Positions 12,766 through 24,916 of a DNA stretch of 64,000 nt are shown piece by piece (position 1 is the stretch's first letter; each line of letters opens with the position of its first letter). This DNA comes from Pristiophorus japonicus. Its lineage: Eukaryota. The translations under genes and the position numbers were made by a program. The notes below the pieces were generated by a model, which was given only the letters and a program-made list of their open reading frames with translations, ran no database searches and was not told where the DNA came from. Location: NCBI RefSeq assembly GCF_044704955.1, contig NC_091998.1, positions 27,032,001 to 27,096,000 of the forward strand. Reading direction: 5' to 3'.

Positions 12766-13367
12766 GAATTTCTCCTCTCAGAGGGTCATGAATCTTCTCT
12801 ACCTCAGAGAGTGGTGGAGACTGGGTCATTGAATATATTTAAGGTGGAGAAGCTGTTGCAGGTGATTCTCTGGCTACGATTAGATAGATAAGAATGGAAC
12901 CAGGTAAGTGTCGTCCCACCCAGCTGGACGACGGTGGAGAGGCATGGAGAAGAATATAATGGTCAACCGTGTCAAAGGCTGCACAACAAGTCAAGAGGAC
13001 GAGGAGGGACCCCTCTATTCCCTTCTTCCTCATTTGCTTATCTATTCTCCCCTTAAATGCGCTATACTATTCGCTTCAACCACTCCCTGTAGAAACGAGT
13101 TCCACATTCTCGCCACCCTCTGAGTAAATACATTTCTTCTGGATTCCCTATTGGATTTCTTAATGACTATATTATACTGATGGCCTCTATTTATGCTCTT
13201 CCCCACAAGTGGAAACATCATCATCATCATAGGCAGTCCCTTGAAATTGAGGAAGACTTACTTCCATTCTAAAAATGAGTTCTTAGATGACTGAACAGTC
13301 CAATATGGGAATTACAGTCTTTGTCACAGGTGGGACAGACAGTCGTGAGTGGAAACACTCACTCTAA

Positions 13368-13885
13368 AAACATAGAAAATAGGTGCAGGAGTAGGTCATT
13401 CGGCCCTTCGAGCCTGCACCATCATTTGATAAGATCATGGCTGATCATTCCCTCAGTACCCCTTTCCTGCTTTCTCTCCATACCCCTTGATCCCTTTAGC
13501 TGTAAGGGCCATATCCAACTCCCTCTTGAATATATCCAATGAACTGGCATCAACAACTCTCTGCGGCAGGGAATTCCACAGGTTAACAACTCTCTGAGTG
13601 AAGAAGTTTCTTCTCATCTCAGTCCTAAATGGCCTACCCCTTATCCTAAGACTGTGTCCCCTGGTTCTGAACTTCCCCAATATCGGGAACAATCTACCCG
13701 CTTCTAACCTGTCCCATCCCGTTAGAATCTTGTATGTTTCTATGAGATCTCCTCTCATCCTTCTAAACTCCAATGTATAAACTCCAGTTGATCCAGTCTC
13801 TCCTCATATGTCAGTCCGGCCATCCCGGGAATCAGTCTGGTGAACCTGCGCTGCACTCCCTCAATAGCAAGAACGTTCTTCCTCA
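13368..13885 (-). mobile_element. CR1 3' fragment
   Basis: RRMRGDLIETYKI...WNSLP and the 3' UTR shared with the long copies. Confidence 0.88.
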
Positions 13886-13888
13886 AAA

Positions 13889-16215
13889 CCTTTCAGAATT
13901 TTAAAGACCTCTATTAGGTCACCCCTCTGCCTTCTCTTTTCAAGAGAGAAGAGAGCCAGCCTGTTCATCCTTTCCTGATAGGTATACCCTAGCATTTCCG
14001 GTATCATCGTGTAAATCTTCTCTGCACCCTCTCCAGTGCCTTTCTAACCTTTTTATAATATGGCGACCAGAATTGTACGCAGTACTCCAAGTGTGGCCTA
14101 ACCAAGGTTCTGTATAAGTTTTGCATAACTATACTACTTTTCAATTCTATCCCTCTAGAAATAAACCCTAGTGCTTGTTTTTGTTTTATGGCCTTGTTAA
14201 CCTGTGTCACTACTTTCAGTGATTTGTGTATTTGTACTCCGAGATCCCTTCTCTCCTCTATCTTCCAAGTAATAAGTGACCTCCCTATTCTTCCTAACAA
14301 ACTGTAATACCTCACATTTATCTGTGTTGAAATTCATTTGCCAATTATATGCCCTTTCTGCAAGTTTATTCATGTCCTCCTGTAATTTGTTGCAATCTTC
14401 CTTAGTGTTGACTACTCCCCTGCTCCCAATTTGGTGTCATCTGCAAATTTAGAAATTATGTTTTTGATTCCAAAGTCTAAACTGTAGATATAAATTGTGA
14501 GCAACAGTGTGGTCCCAGCACCGATCCTTATGGAACACCACTCCCGCCTTCTGCCACTCTGAATGGCTACCCTTTACCCCTACTCTCTGCTTTCTGTCTT
14601 GAAGCCAGCCAGCTATCCATTCTGCTGCTTGTCCCCTCACTCCGCATTCTCTGACCTTATTCATTAGTCTATTATGTAGTAGCTTATCGAAAGCCTTTTG
14701 AAAATCTAGATAAATTAATCTACTGCATTAAACTTGTCTACTCTCTGTTACCTCTTCAAAAAATTCAATGAGATTGGTCGAGCAAGACTTCCTCTTTCAA
14801 AATCCATGTTGACTATTCATTATTATATTTTTGGCTTCTAGATGTTCTTTTATTTTCCCCTTTAGTAGGGATTCCATTATTTTTCCCACCACAGATGTTA
14901 AGCTGACTGGTATATAGTTCCCTGAAGATGTTCTATCTTCCTTCTTAAATATAGGTATTATGTTAGCTATCCAACAGTCCTCTGGCACGGCACCTTTTTT
15001 AACGATGTGTAGTAATGCCTCTGCTATCTCCTCCCTCAATTCTTTTAAAATGTGAGGATGTAAGCCACACAGTACTGCCCCCCGAATATCAAGATCCATG
15101 ACGAGGCCTTGAACAACGTGGACGACTTTCCATACCTCGGGAGCCTACTGTCAACAAGGGCAGACATCGATGATGAAGTCCAATGCCATCTTCAGTGTGC
15201 CAGTGCAGCTTTCGGTCACCTGAGGAAGAGAGTGTTTGAAGACCAGGATCTCAAACTTGGCACCAAGTTCATGGTCAACAGAGCAGTCGTGATACCCGTC
15301 CTCATATATGCTTCAGAGACACGGACTACAGCAGGCACCTCAAAGCACTGGAGAAGTACCACCACTGCTGCCTCCGCAAGATCTTGCAAATCCATTGGCA
15401 GGATAAGCCCACCAACGTCAGTGTTCTCGCTCAGGCCAACATTCCCAGCATCGAAGCATTGGCCATGCTCAATCAGCTCCGATGGACGGGCCCGATACTA
15501 GACTCCCAAAACAAACGCTCTGCTCAAGAGCTCAGACATGGCAAGCGAGTCCCAGGTGGGCAGAGGAAACGCTTCAAGGACACCCTCAAAGCCTCCTTGA
15601 AAAAGTGCAACATCCCTACCGACACCTGGAAAACCCTGGCCCAAGACTGCCAAGAAAGTGAAGAAGCATCTGGGAAGGCGTCGAACACCTCGAGTCTCTT
15701 CGCCGGGAGCACACAGAAGCCAAGCTTCCTCCCTTCCACTATTAGGTCGTCTGTAGACTACCCCTGTTAGTAATCTTTTATCTCTATCCATATGGATTCT
15801 ATTTCTGCCTCACTGATCATTGTGTCATTCTTTTCTATAAGTACAGCTACTCCACCGTCCCTTTTCACATCTCTATCTTTTCTAAATATGTTCTACCCTG
15901 CAATGTTTAATTCCCAGTCCTGATTTTTCCATAGCCATGTCTCGGTAATCCCTACTCTATCTGGTTCCTCGCAACGCATGATTGCCTCCAGCTCCCCTGT
16001 TTTATTACGGATAGTGTGCATTGCTGTAGTTTAACTCATTTTTGATAGCAGTTCCTTTCACTTTATTTTTTTACTCTCCTGTTCTATTACTCTGTTTATT
16101 CCCTGGCCATCAATGTCCTCCCTTACTTTACTCTTTCCTATGCTCTCCTTTCCGGTTTTGATTATCTTTCGGTTGGTTTCATTTCTTGTAGATACCTTCC
16201 CCCTTTACCATATTA
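13889..16215 (-). mobile_element. Old CR1 ORF2 relic interrupted by an RTE fragment
   Basis: Fragments LVRPHLEYCVQFWSP, YIPVSLTSVVGK and GVVYRRPNS. Confidence 0.8.
15060..15724 (+). mobile_element. RTE fragment
   Basis: FPYLGSLLS and GGQRKRFKDTLK motifs. Confidence 0.85.
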
Positions 16216-16400
16216 GTAAAGGATCATGGAGTAGTTAGATCCATGTGAAATATCACCATTGCCATCTTGGCAAAAAAAAGTGAGTTGGGGGAAGGGGACC
16301 TATCCACCGCAAGACCCCGTGCATTCGCCATATTTGTATAGGATAATGGAGCAGCTAGATCCATGTGAAATATCACCATTGACATCTTGGTAAAGGATAA
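16208..16400. repeat. ~60-bp direct repeat at 120-bp spacing
   Basis: GGAT.ATGGAG.AG.TAGATCCATGTGAAATATCACCATTG.CATCTTGG at 16221 and 16341. Confidence 0.8.
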
Positions 16401-17159
16401 TTAATACTTCCTTCCCATTTCATTTCATCCTGGAAAGAGGGCAGTTTCTCTTCCACTTTGTCTGAAAAAACAGACGTAAATTAAAATTTTTTTTTTTCCC
16501 ACAGCTGTTCACCGACGTTTTCCAGCATCTGTATTTGTTTCTATCATGTTAACCAAAGTACTCATCACAATTCCATAAGGCATAACTGGTGAATAAACTT
16601 CCCACTCCACCAATGGGTAAATCTCAATCGTCCCAGATGCCACCATTAGAGCAGCTGAATGTATCCACTAACTACTACAGGAATAAGAGTTTTCAGCCAG
16701 TAAGACTCCTTGTACTAATTGTAAGTTTGAATTCTGGCTGGAATATAAAAGCAGTGTCTAAACTTGAAACCTTGATGGCTCACCTTTCACAATCTAATTG
16801 TTAGAAAATGCTATATTTCCAGTTATTTACAAGCATTAAAAATCATGCTGGCAATAGGCCAGTCAGCAGCACTCCATACGTGAAATTGAATGTACGAAGT
16901 TCTGCCTTTCCCAGCTTAGTAAGCACTTGAAGTCTTCTGTAACTCGTAGGTACCACTGCACATCAACACTATCATTGATGAAGGAAAGTAGATTATGATT
17001 TAACTGCAAACATTTTAGCTTGATTGAGCCATGTGCATTAGTGGTGGTGTCATCTTGTAATATTTTATCCTCGTAGGACTCAATTGGCTCAACTCAAAAT
17101 AATCCCAGTTTAGTAGCATGCGAGCAGGTCGTGAAAAGTTGTGTCTGTTTACATCACAA

Positions 17160-17412
17160 CAGCAACAACTTATATTTATATAGCACCTTTAAAATTGCAA
17201 ACCTTCTCAAGACACTTCACAGGAGCGTTATCAAACAAAATGTGACACCGACCCACACAAGGAGATATTAGGGTAGATGACCAAAGGCTTGGTCAAAAAG
17301 ATAGATTTTAAGGAGCATCTTAAAAGGAGGGTAGAGAAGTAGTGAGGCAGAGAGGGAATTCCAGAGCTTAAGACCTAGGCAGCTGAAAGCATGGCCACCA
17401 ATGATGGAGCAA
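17160..17412 (-). mobile_element. L2 3' end fragment
   Basis: Same tail and 3' sequence as the other L2 copies. Confidence 0.65.
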
Positions 17413-18201
17413 TTGTGAAAATAGAGTTAATACCACTTTGTGCAAAAACTATTGGGCTGAAATATTGCATTAATAAAACAAATGACAAACCAGTAATTTA
17501 GTCTTTTTCCCCAGATTTCATTAAATGTATTTGTGCTATAAAACGATATTTAGAGCATTAAGTGAACTAGGTGAGGAACCACGATGATCACTCAAAGACG
17601 TTAGAAAACAGTTTGAGCAATTTGATTGGTTGGTTTTGTGGTGGTCAAATTTTGTTTGATAACACTCCTGTGAAGCATCTTGGGACATTTTACTACGCTG
17701 AAGGCGCTAGATAAATACCAGTTGTTGCTGTGATATTATTATTGGTTCCCAATAGTTGAAGTAGTTTCATATGTGTGAAGTTTATGGAAGAGATGTACCA
17801 ATTTTTAAAATCACAAACTTTTCATTTTGACTAAAAACCTATCTGAGGTTCACTTGCGATCAGCAGCTGAGTATACTGCCTGTGAGGAAGCAGGACCAAC
17901 TGTTTGACCTAGCAATAAATCAGATAAGGTGGTGCTTTATATGGGGACCTTGGTGACACTGTGTCCATACCAACATTTCCAGAGTAACGCAGATAATAGA
18001 GGTTATGACTCAAACATTGAATGCAGCCATCTGCTACTACTGCAAAATCTATTTTGATTGATAGCTTTGATTAATTCTGAATTTGTGATCGCTTAAACTT
18101 CAAAGGGAAATAGACGTAAAACCCACCAATAGATTAGATTATTTATTTGTCTATCTCTCTATTCCACTAGATCAGGTTAATCCTCCAAAAAATTGGTACA
18201 C

Positions 18202-18252
18202 TTTATTTTTTATAAATATGACAGCAGTCATTTTATTATCTAGTTATTTATT
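18202..18252 (-). terminator. NDUFB8 candidate polyadenylation signals
   Basis: Three AATAAA hexamers on the minus strand (18202-18207, 18232-18237, 18247-18252), 75-125 nt after the stop codon. Confidence 0.65.
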
Positions 18253-18326
18253 ACATTATTCACTGTACAGAGTAAGAGGCCATTTCCAAAAGGATCTGCA
18301 ACCTACAACCAGCCATGGAAAGCTGG

Positions 18327-18419
18327 TCATATTTCATAATTGTTCACTTCGGGTGGCTCGTTTTCAGGTGCTCCTCCATTCTCCAGGTAAAGGTTATTGT
18401 ACGGATACTGTTTCGGACC
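18327..18419 (-). CDS. NDUFB8: NDUFB8 coding exon 5 (terminal)
   Basis: tctctttgcag| then GPKQYPYNNLYLENGGAPENEPPEVNNYEI-stop. Total CDS 94+127+100+156+93 = 570 nt (189 aa). Confidence 0.96.
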   Translation of the reverse strand, partial: GPKQYPYNNLYLENGGAPENEPPEVNNYEI

Positions 18420-18826
18420 CTGCAAAGAGAATTAAAGTCAAAATATCAATCAAGTCAACTTTCCCTCCCATTACCGTTGAATCTTTCTCCTCTCTCTTCC
18501 TGAAGCTATTTATCCTCCGTCACCTCCCCCAACTCAATTATTTATGTATGAGCCTCGACAGTGAGTGTCAGTAGACCATTGAATTGGAAGGAGTGTTAAG
18601 CATCCCAATCCCATCCTCACCCAACATCCACACACATATACTTTCAGCAGGGACCCTGGACAATGCTCTCCTTCCTTAGTCCATGGCCAATAAGGTCAAC
18701 TATAGCACCCCTATTCCTGCACTGTCGAGATCAGCTAACTTAGCATAGATCAGGAATTGAACCTTTGACCATCCTTTCCCTCATGGATAAATGCTTAAAG
18801 GCATTGGTTAAATATTACATTATGAG

Positions 18827-21800
18827 GAGCTGAAATTTGCTGGAGCAGGGCATCGCTTAGTAAGACTTTTTCCTGCACCCTTCAAGCTCAACTATTTTTT
18901 GCCCTGTACGTTGCTGGAAGTGTGAGTTGATAATGGCTCAGCGAGGGCAACAGGGCTCCTTATGCTCTTCCTGTACTATGTGGGAACTCAGGGACGCTTC
19001 CGGTGTCCCTGACGACTACGTGTGCGGGAAGTGCATCCACCTGCAGATCCTGACGGACCGCATTGCGGCACTGGAGCTGCAGGTGGATTCACACTGGAGC
19101 ATGCACGATGCTGAGAATGATGTGAATAGCACGTTTAGCGAGTTGGTCTCACCGCAGGTAAATGGTACACAGCCAGATAGTAAATGGGTGACCAACAGGA
19201 AGAGCATTGCAAGGAAGGTAGTGCAGGGGTCCCTTGTGGTCATCCCCTCTGTGGTAAAACAGATACACCGCTTTGGGTACTGTTGGAGGGGGGGGCGGGG
19301 GGGGATGACTCTTCAGGGGAAGACAGCAGCAGCCAAGTTCATGGCACCGTGGGTGGCTGCTGCACAGGAGGGCAGGAAAAAGAGTGGGAGAGCGATAGTG
19401 ATAGGGGATTCAATTGTAAGGGGAAGAGATAGGAGTTCCTGCGGCCGCAACCGAGACTCCAGGATGGTATGTTGCCTCCCTGGTGTAAGAGTCAAGGATG
19501 TCTCGGAGCGGATGCAGGACATTCTGAAAAGGGAGGGTGAACAGCCAGTTGCCGTGGTGCATATAGGTACCAACGATATAGGTAAAAAAAACGGGATGAG
19601 GTCCTACGTGAAGAATTTAGGAGCTTGGAGCCAAATTAAAAAGTAGGACCTCAAAAGTAGTAATCTCAGGATTGCTATCAGTGCCATGTGCTAGTCAGAG
19701 TAGGAATCGCAGGATAGCTCAGATGAATACGTGGCTTGGGGAGTGGTGCAGAAGGGAGGGATTCAAATTCCTGGGACATTGGAACCGGTTCTGGGGGAGG
19801 TGGGACCAGTACAAACCGGACAGTCTGCACCTGGGCAGGACCGAAACCAATGTCCATGGGGAAGTGTTTGCTAGTGCTGTTGGGGAGGAGTTAAACTAAT
19901 ATGGCAGTGGGATAGGAACCTATGCAGGGAGGCAGAGGGAAATAAAAGTGAGACAGAGGCAAAAGATAGAAAGGAGAATAGTAAAAGTGGAGGGCAGAGA
20001 AACCAAGGCAAAAAATTAAAAGGGCCACATTACAGCAAAATTCTAAAGGGGCAAAGTGTATTAAAAAGGCAAGCCTGAAGGCTCTGTGCCTCAATGCGAG
20101 GAGTATTCAGAATAAGGTGGACAAATTAACTGCACAGATAGCAGTTAATGGAAATGATGTAATTGGCATCACAGAGACATGGCTCCAGGATGACGAAGGT
20201 TGAGAACTCAACATCCAGGGGTATTCAACATTTAGGAAGGACAGAAAGGAAAAGGAGGCAGGGTGGCGTTACTGGTTAAAGAGGAAATTAATGCAATAGT
20301 AAGGAAGGACATTGGCTTGGATGATGTGGAATCGGTATGGGTGGAGCTACGGAATACCAAAGGGCAGAAAACGCTGGTGGGAGTTGTGTACAGACCACCA
20401 AACAGTAGTAGTGAGGTTGGGGACAGCATCAAACAAGAAATAAGGGATGTGTGCAATAAAGGTACAGCAGTTATCATGGGCGACTTTAATTTACATATAG
20501 ATTGGGGTAACCAAACTGGTAGCAATGCGGTGGAGGAGGATTTCCTGGAGTGTATTAGGGATGGTTTTCTTGACTAGAGAGCTGGCCATCCTAGACTGGG
20601 TGATATGTAATGAGAAGGGACTAATTAGCAATCTTGTTGTGCGAGGCCCCTTGGGGAAAAGCAACCAATATGGTAGAATTCTTTATAAAGATGGAGTGAT
20701 GGAGTGACACAGTTAATTCAGAAACTAAGGTCCCGAACTTAAGGAAAGCTAACTTCTACAGCATGAGGTGTGAATTGGCTAGAATAGACTGGCAAATGAT
20801 ACTTAAAGGGTTGACGGTGGATAGGCAAATTTATAGATCACATGGATGAACTTCAACAGTTGTACATCCCTGTCTGGAGTAAAAATAAAACAGGAGAGGT
20901 GGCTCAACCGTGGCTAACAAGGGAAATTAAGGATAGTATTAGATCCAAAGAAGAGGCATATAAATTGGCCAAAAAAAGCAGCAAACCTGAGGACTGGGAG
21001 AAATTTAGAATTCAGCAGAGGAGGACAAAGGGTTTGATTAGGAGGGGGAAAATAGAGTACGCGAGGAATCTTGCCGGGAACATAAAAAGTGACTGCAAAA
21101 GCTTCTATAGATATGTGAAGAGAAAAAGATTAGTGAAGACAAACGTAGGTCCCTTACAGTCAGACTCAGGTGAATTTATAATGGAGAACAAAGAAATGGC
21201 AGACCAATTGAACAAATACTTTGGTTCTGTCTTCACGAAGGAAGACACAAATAACCTTCCGGATGTACGAGGGGACCGAGGGTCTCGAGAGAAGAAGGAA
21301 CTGAAGGATTTCCTTATTAGACGGGAAATTGTGTTTGGGAAATTGATGGGATTGAAGGCCGATAAATCCCGGGGGCCCGATTGTCTGCATCCCAGAGTAC
21401 TTAAGGAAGTGGCCCTAGAAATAGTGGATGCATTGGTGATCATTTTCCAACAGTCTATCAACTCGGGATCAGTTCCAATGGACTGGAGGGTAGCTAATGT
21501 AACACCACTTTTTTAAAAAAGGAGGGAGAGAAAATGGGTAATTATAGACCGGTTAGTCTGACATCAGTGTTGGAATCAATTATTAAGGATGAAATATCAG
21601 CGCATTTGGAAAGCAGTGACAGGATTGGTCCAAGTCAGCATGGATTTATGAAGGGGAAATCATGCTTGACAAATCTTCTAGAATTCTTTGAGGATGTAAC
21701 TAGTAGAGTGGACAAGGGAGAACCAGTGGATGTGGTGTATTTGGACTTTAAAAAGGCCTTTGACAAGGTCCCATACAAGAGATTGGTGTGCAAAATCAAA

Positions 21801-23491
21801 GCACATTGTATTGGGGGTAATGTACTGGCGTGGATAGAGAATTGGTTGGCAGACAGGAAGCAAAGAGTCAGGATAAACATGTCCTTTTCGGAATGGGAGT
21901 CAGTGACTGGTGGAGTGCCGCAGGGTTCAGTGCTGGGATCCCAGCTCTTTACAATATACATTAATGATTTGGATGAAGGTATTGAATGTAATGTCTCCAA
22001 GTTTGCAGATGACACTAAATTGGGTGGCGGTGTGAGCTGTGAGGAGGATGCTCAGAGGCTGCAGGGTGATTTGGACAGGTTAGGTGAGTGGGCAAATGCA
22101 TGGCAGATGCAGTATAATGTGGATAAATGTGAGGTATCTACTTTGGAGGCAATAACACAAAGGCAGAATATTATCTGAATGGCGGCAGATTAGGAAAGCG
22201 GGAGGTGCAACGAGACCTGGGTGTCATGGTTCATTGGTCATTGAAAGTTGACATGCAGGTACAGCAGGCGGTGAAGAAGGCAAATGGCATGTTGGCCTTC
22301 ATAGCTAGGGGATTTGAATATAGGAGCAGGGAGGTCTTACTGCAAATGTACAGGGCCTTGGTGAGGCCTCACCTGGAATATTGTGTTCAGTTTTGGTCTC
22401 CTAATCGGAGAAAGGATGTTCTTGCTATTGAGGGAGTGCAGCGAAGGTTCACCAGACTGATTCTAGGGATGGCTGGACTGACATATGAGGAGAGACTGGA
22501 TCAACTGGGCCTTTATACACTGGAGTTTAGAAGGATGAGAGGGGATCTCATAGAAACGTATAACATTCTGACAGGACGGGACAGGTTAGATGCAGGAAGA
22601 ATGTTCCTGATGTTGGGGTAGTCCAAAACCAGGGGACACAATCTTAGGACAAGGGGTAGGCCATTTAGGACTAAGATGAGGAGAAACTTCTTCACTCAGA
22701 GAGTTGTTAACCTGTGGAATTCCCTGCCGCAGAGAGTTGTTGATGCCAGTTCATTGGATATATTCAAGAGGGAGTTAGATATGGCCCTTACGGCTAAAGG
22801 GATTGAGGGGTATGGAGAGAAAGCAGGAAAGGGGTACTGAGGTGAATGATCAGCCATGATCTTATTGAATGGTGGTGCAGGCTCGAAGGGCCAAATGGCC
22901 TACTCCTGCACCTATTTTCTATGTTTCTATGTTAACCAATGCGATTTAAGGATTGAGAAATAAACAGAGGAAGGACTGTAAAGGTGTGTGAATTAGAGAG
23001 AGTATTCAATGTCAGATCAGGCACAGGGAGAGAAATAAAGGAAAATAAATATTGAATTAAGAGCGATAAGAGATAAATAGGAAAATAAAAATAAATGTAA
23101 AACAATTTTAATTTGACATTTTTGAAATCTCCAACAATTCACTTTCTGAAAGAATGAGACGCCACACTTTTAATTGTTCACTTTCTGAGCCAGAGGTTGA
23201 TTGGCAGTAATGAACAATTATCACGTCATTAAAAGGGTACTTGTGATATTAATTAAACTCTGGGGTGAGTTTAATAGGCAATTAATATACAAATGCAGCA
23301 ACTTCATAAAACCCACGGGGAGGTTAAGGGAGAGATGCCGTTTTCACAAAGCTAATGGCAGAGCAGCGCAAATCGTCCAGCAATTTGTGTCAATTCACGG
23401 ATACCTCTTCCTCGCCACATGTCGCTGGCTGATTTGCACATTAATAATGGTAGGTGTCATTCAGAGTTATTTTTTCAGCAAATTCCGGACT
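18827..23491. mobile_element. Probable old MITE split by the CR1 at ~18927-22931
   Basis: Degenerate inverted ends GAGCTGAAATTTGCTG and CAGCAAATTCCGGACT (11/16 match) flank the LINE. Confidence 0.45.
18927..22931 (+). mobile_element. CR1 LINE, near full length, disrupted
   Basis: ORF1 has CxxC...CxxC, leucine zipper and IVIGDSIVRG esterase motif. ORF2 fragments include GVVYRPP, IMGDFN, YLDFKKAFD and KFADDTK. (TTTCTATG)n tail. Confidence 0.93.
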
Positions 23492-23524
23492 AATATCTTA
23501 ACACCAAGATTGTGACAACCAAAC

Positions 23525-23762
23525 TGTCATGTATGTAGACCATGTATACTAACTGTATAGTCACATAAGGTGTTCCACCAGAGGGCACTGCGGTGGGAGA
23601 CCTGAGGGTCACCTGCATAGGTGTGCAGGGTCTGGTATAAAAGGCTGTCCACCATGCTTGTGCCTCACTCTGGAGTTACAATAAATGGGACTAAGGTCAC
23701 AACAGCTCAAGTACAATACTAGACCTCGTGGAATCATTCAGAAGAGTATTAAAGACATAACA
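23525..23762 (+). mobile_element. Solo LTR (238 bp)
   Basis: TGTCATGT...ACATAACA termini, exact 5-bp TSD CAAAC, internal TATAAAA (~23636) followed by AATAAA (~23680). Confidence 0.9.
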
Positions 23763-23936
23763 CAAACAACAGAGTCAAGTTCTGCATTTCCAGCCAAATC
23801 AAATGCCACTTTTAATCTGAGAGCTTTCAATACTTCAGTGAATTTCATGCACGCACAGATATTATTTCAACTGTGGCACGATATATACACACACACACAC
23901 ACAAAAACACAAACAAGGGAATAATCCTGTATATCC

Positions 23937-24350
23937 TCATAGGCAGTCCCTCGAAACGAGGATGACTTGCTTCCACGCCCAAAAATGGATGAGTTCACAG
24001 GTGTTTCGAATGAAGAACTCGAACTACATCTTCAAGGGTGGAAGATGCCTGGATTTTTTTAACGTTGGTGGCCGTTACACACCAGCCACCACATGGGCTT
24101 GACAGAACTAGGTCTTAGTCCAGTGGCAAGGATTACCCAAGACAACTGGAGACCTGCTCTGCTGCACGGATCTAGTGTGCACACATATTGCAGTGTGAGC
24201 TGGCTCGTGCTGCCCCTGGGCCCCTGGCCCCGAACTCATGCCTCCCCTGGGCCCCGATCACATTCCTCCACAGTCTCTCACAGCTCCTTCGGCCCGATCT
24301 CGCCACTCCTGCTGCATCTGCCCATGCTCCAATCACCGAACTGGACCTTG
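23937..24350 (-). mobile_element. Non-autonomous element with an RTE-type 3' tail (copy 2)
   Basis: Reverse complement of the family at 510-960. Confidence 0.8.
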
Positions 24351-24369
24351 CTGACATAACAACTCCTGT

Positions 24370-24860
24370 ATAACAACTTGCATTTATATAGCGCCTTGAA
24401 TGTAGAAAGTATCCCAAGGCACTTCATAAGAATGTAGTAAGACAAAGAATGGCACTGAGCCAAAGAAGAAGATATTAGGAGCGGCGAGTCAAAGATATTG
24501 GGTTTATGGAGCATCTTTAAGGCGGTGTGTGTGGTGGAGAGGTTTTGGGAAGGGATTCCAGAGCATAGGGCTTAGATGACCGATGGCAAGGCCCCCAATG
24601 GTGAGCGGTGGAAGTGGGAAATGCACAGCTCTGGGAGGGTTGTCGAGCTGGAGGAGGTTACAGAGACAAGGCCATGAAGCAATTTAAACACAAGGATGAG
24701 AATTTTAAATTGGACATACTAGGGAACTGGACCAATGTAGGTCACTAAGAACGGGGTTGATTGGTGACTGGGACTGCGAGATAGGCAGCAATGTTGGAAC
24801 GGCAGAAATTTATGGGAAGCAGAGAATGGGAGGCCATCCAGGAGAGGAATGGGCATGTCA
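24370..24860 (-). mobile_element. L2 3' fragment (uninterrupted)
   Basis: Similar to the 8859-9298/11022 L2 copy. Confidence 0.7.
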
Positions 24861-24916
24861 AGAATGTGTGATAGCAGAAGACTCCAAGGCGCTTTAACAA
24901 AATACTTTATTCTTCC

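Noticed and set aside
18927-19899. Esterase (SGNH) domain as a novel host gene
   Set aside because: It is the known ORF1 architecture of CR1 LINEs and occurs in four disrupted copies here.
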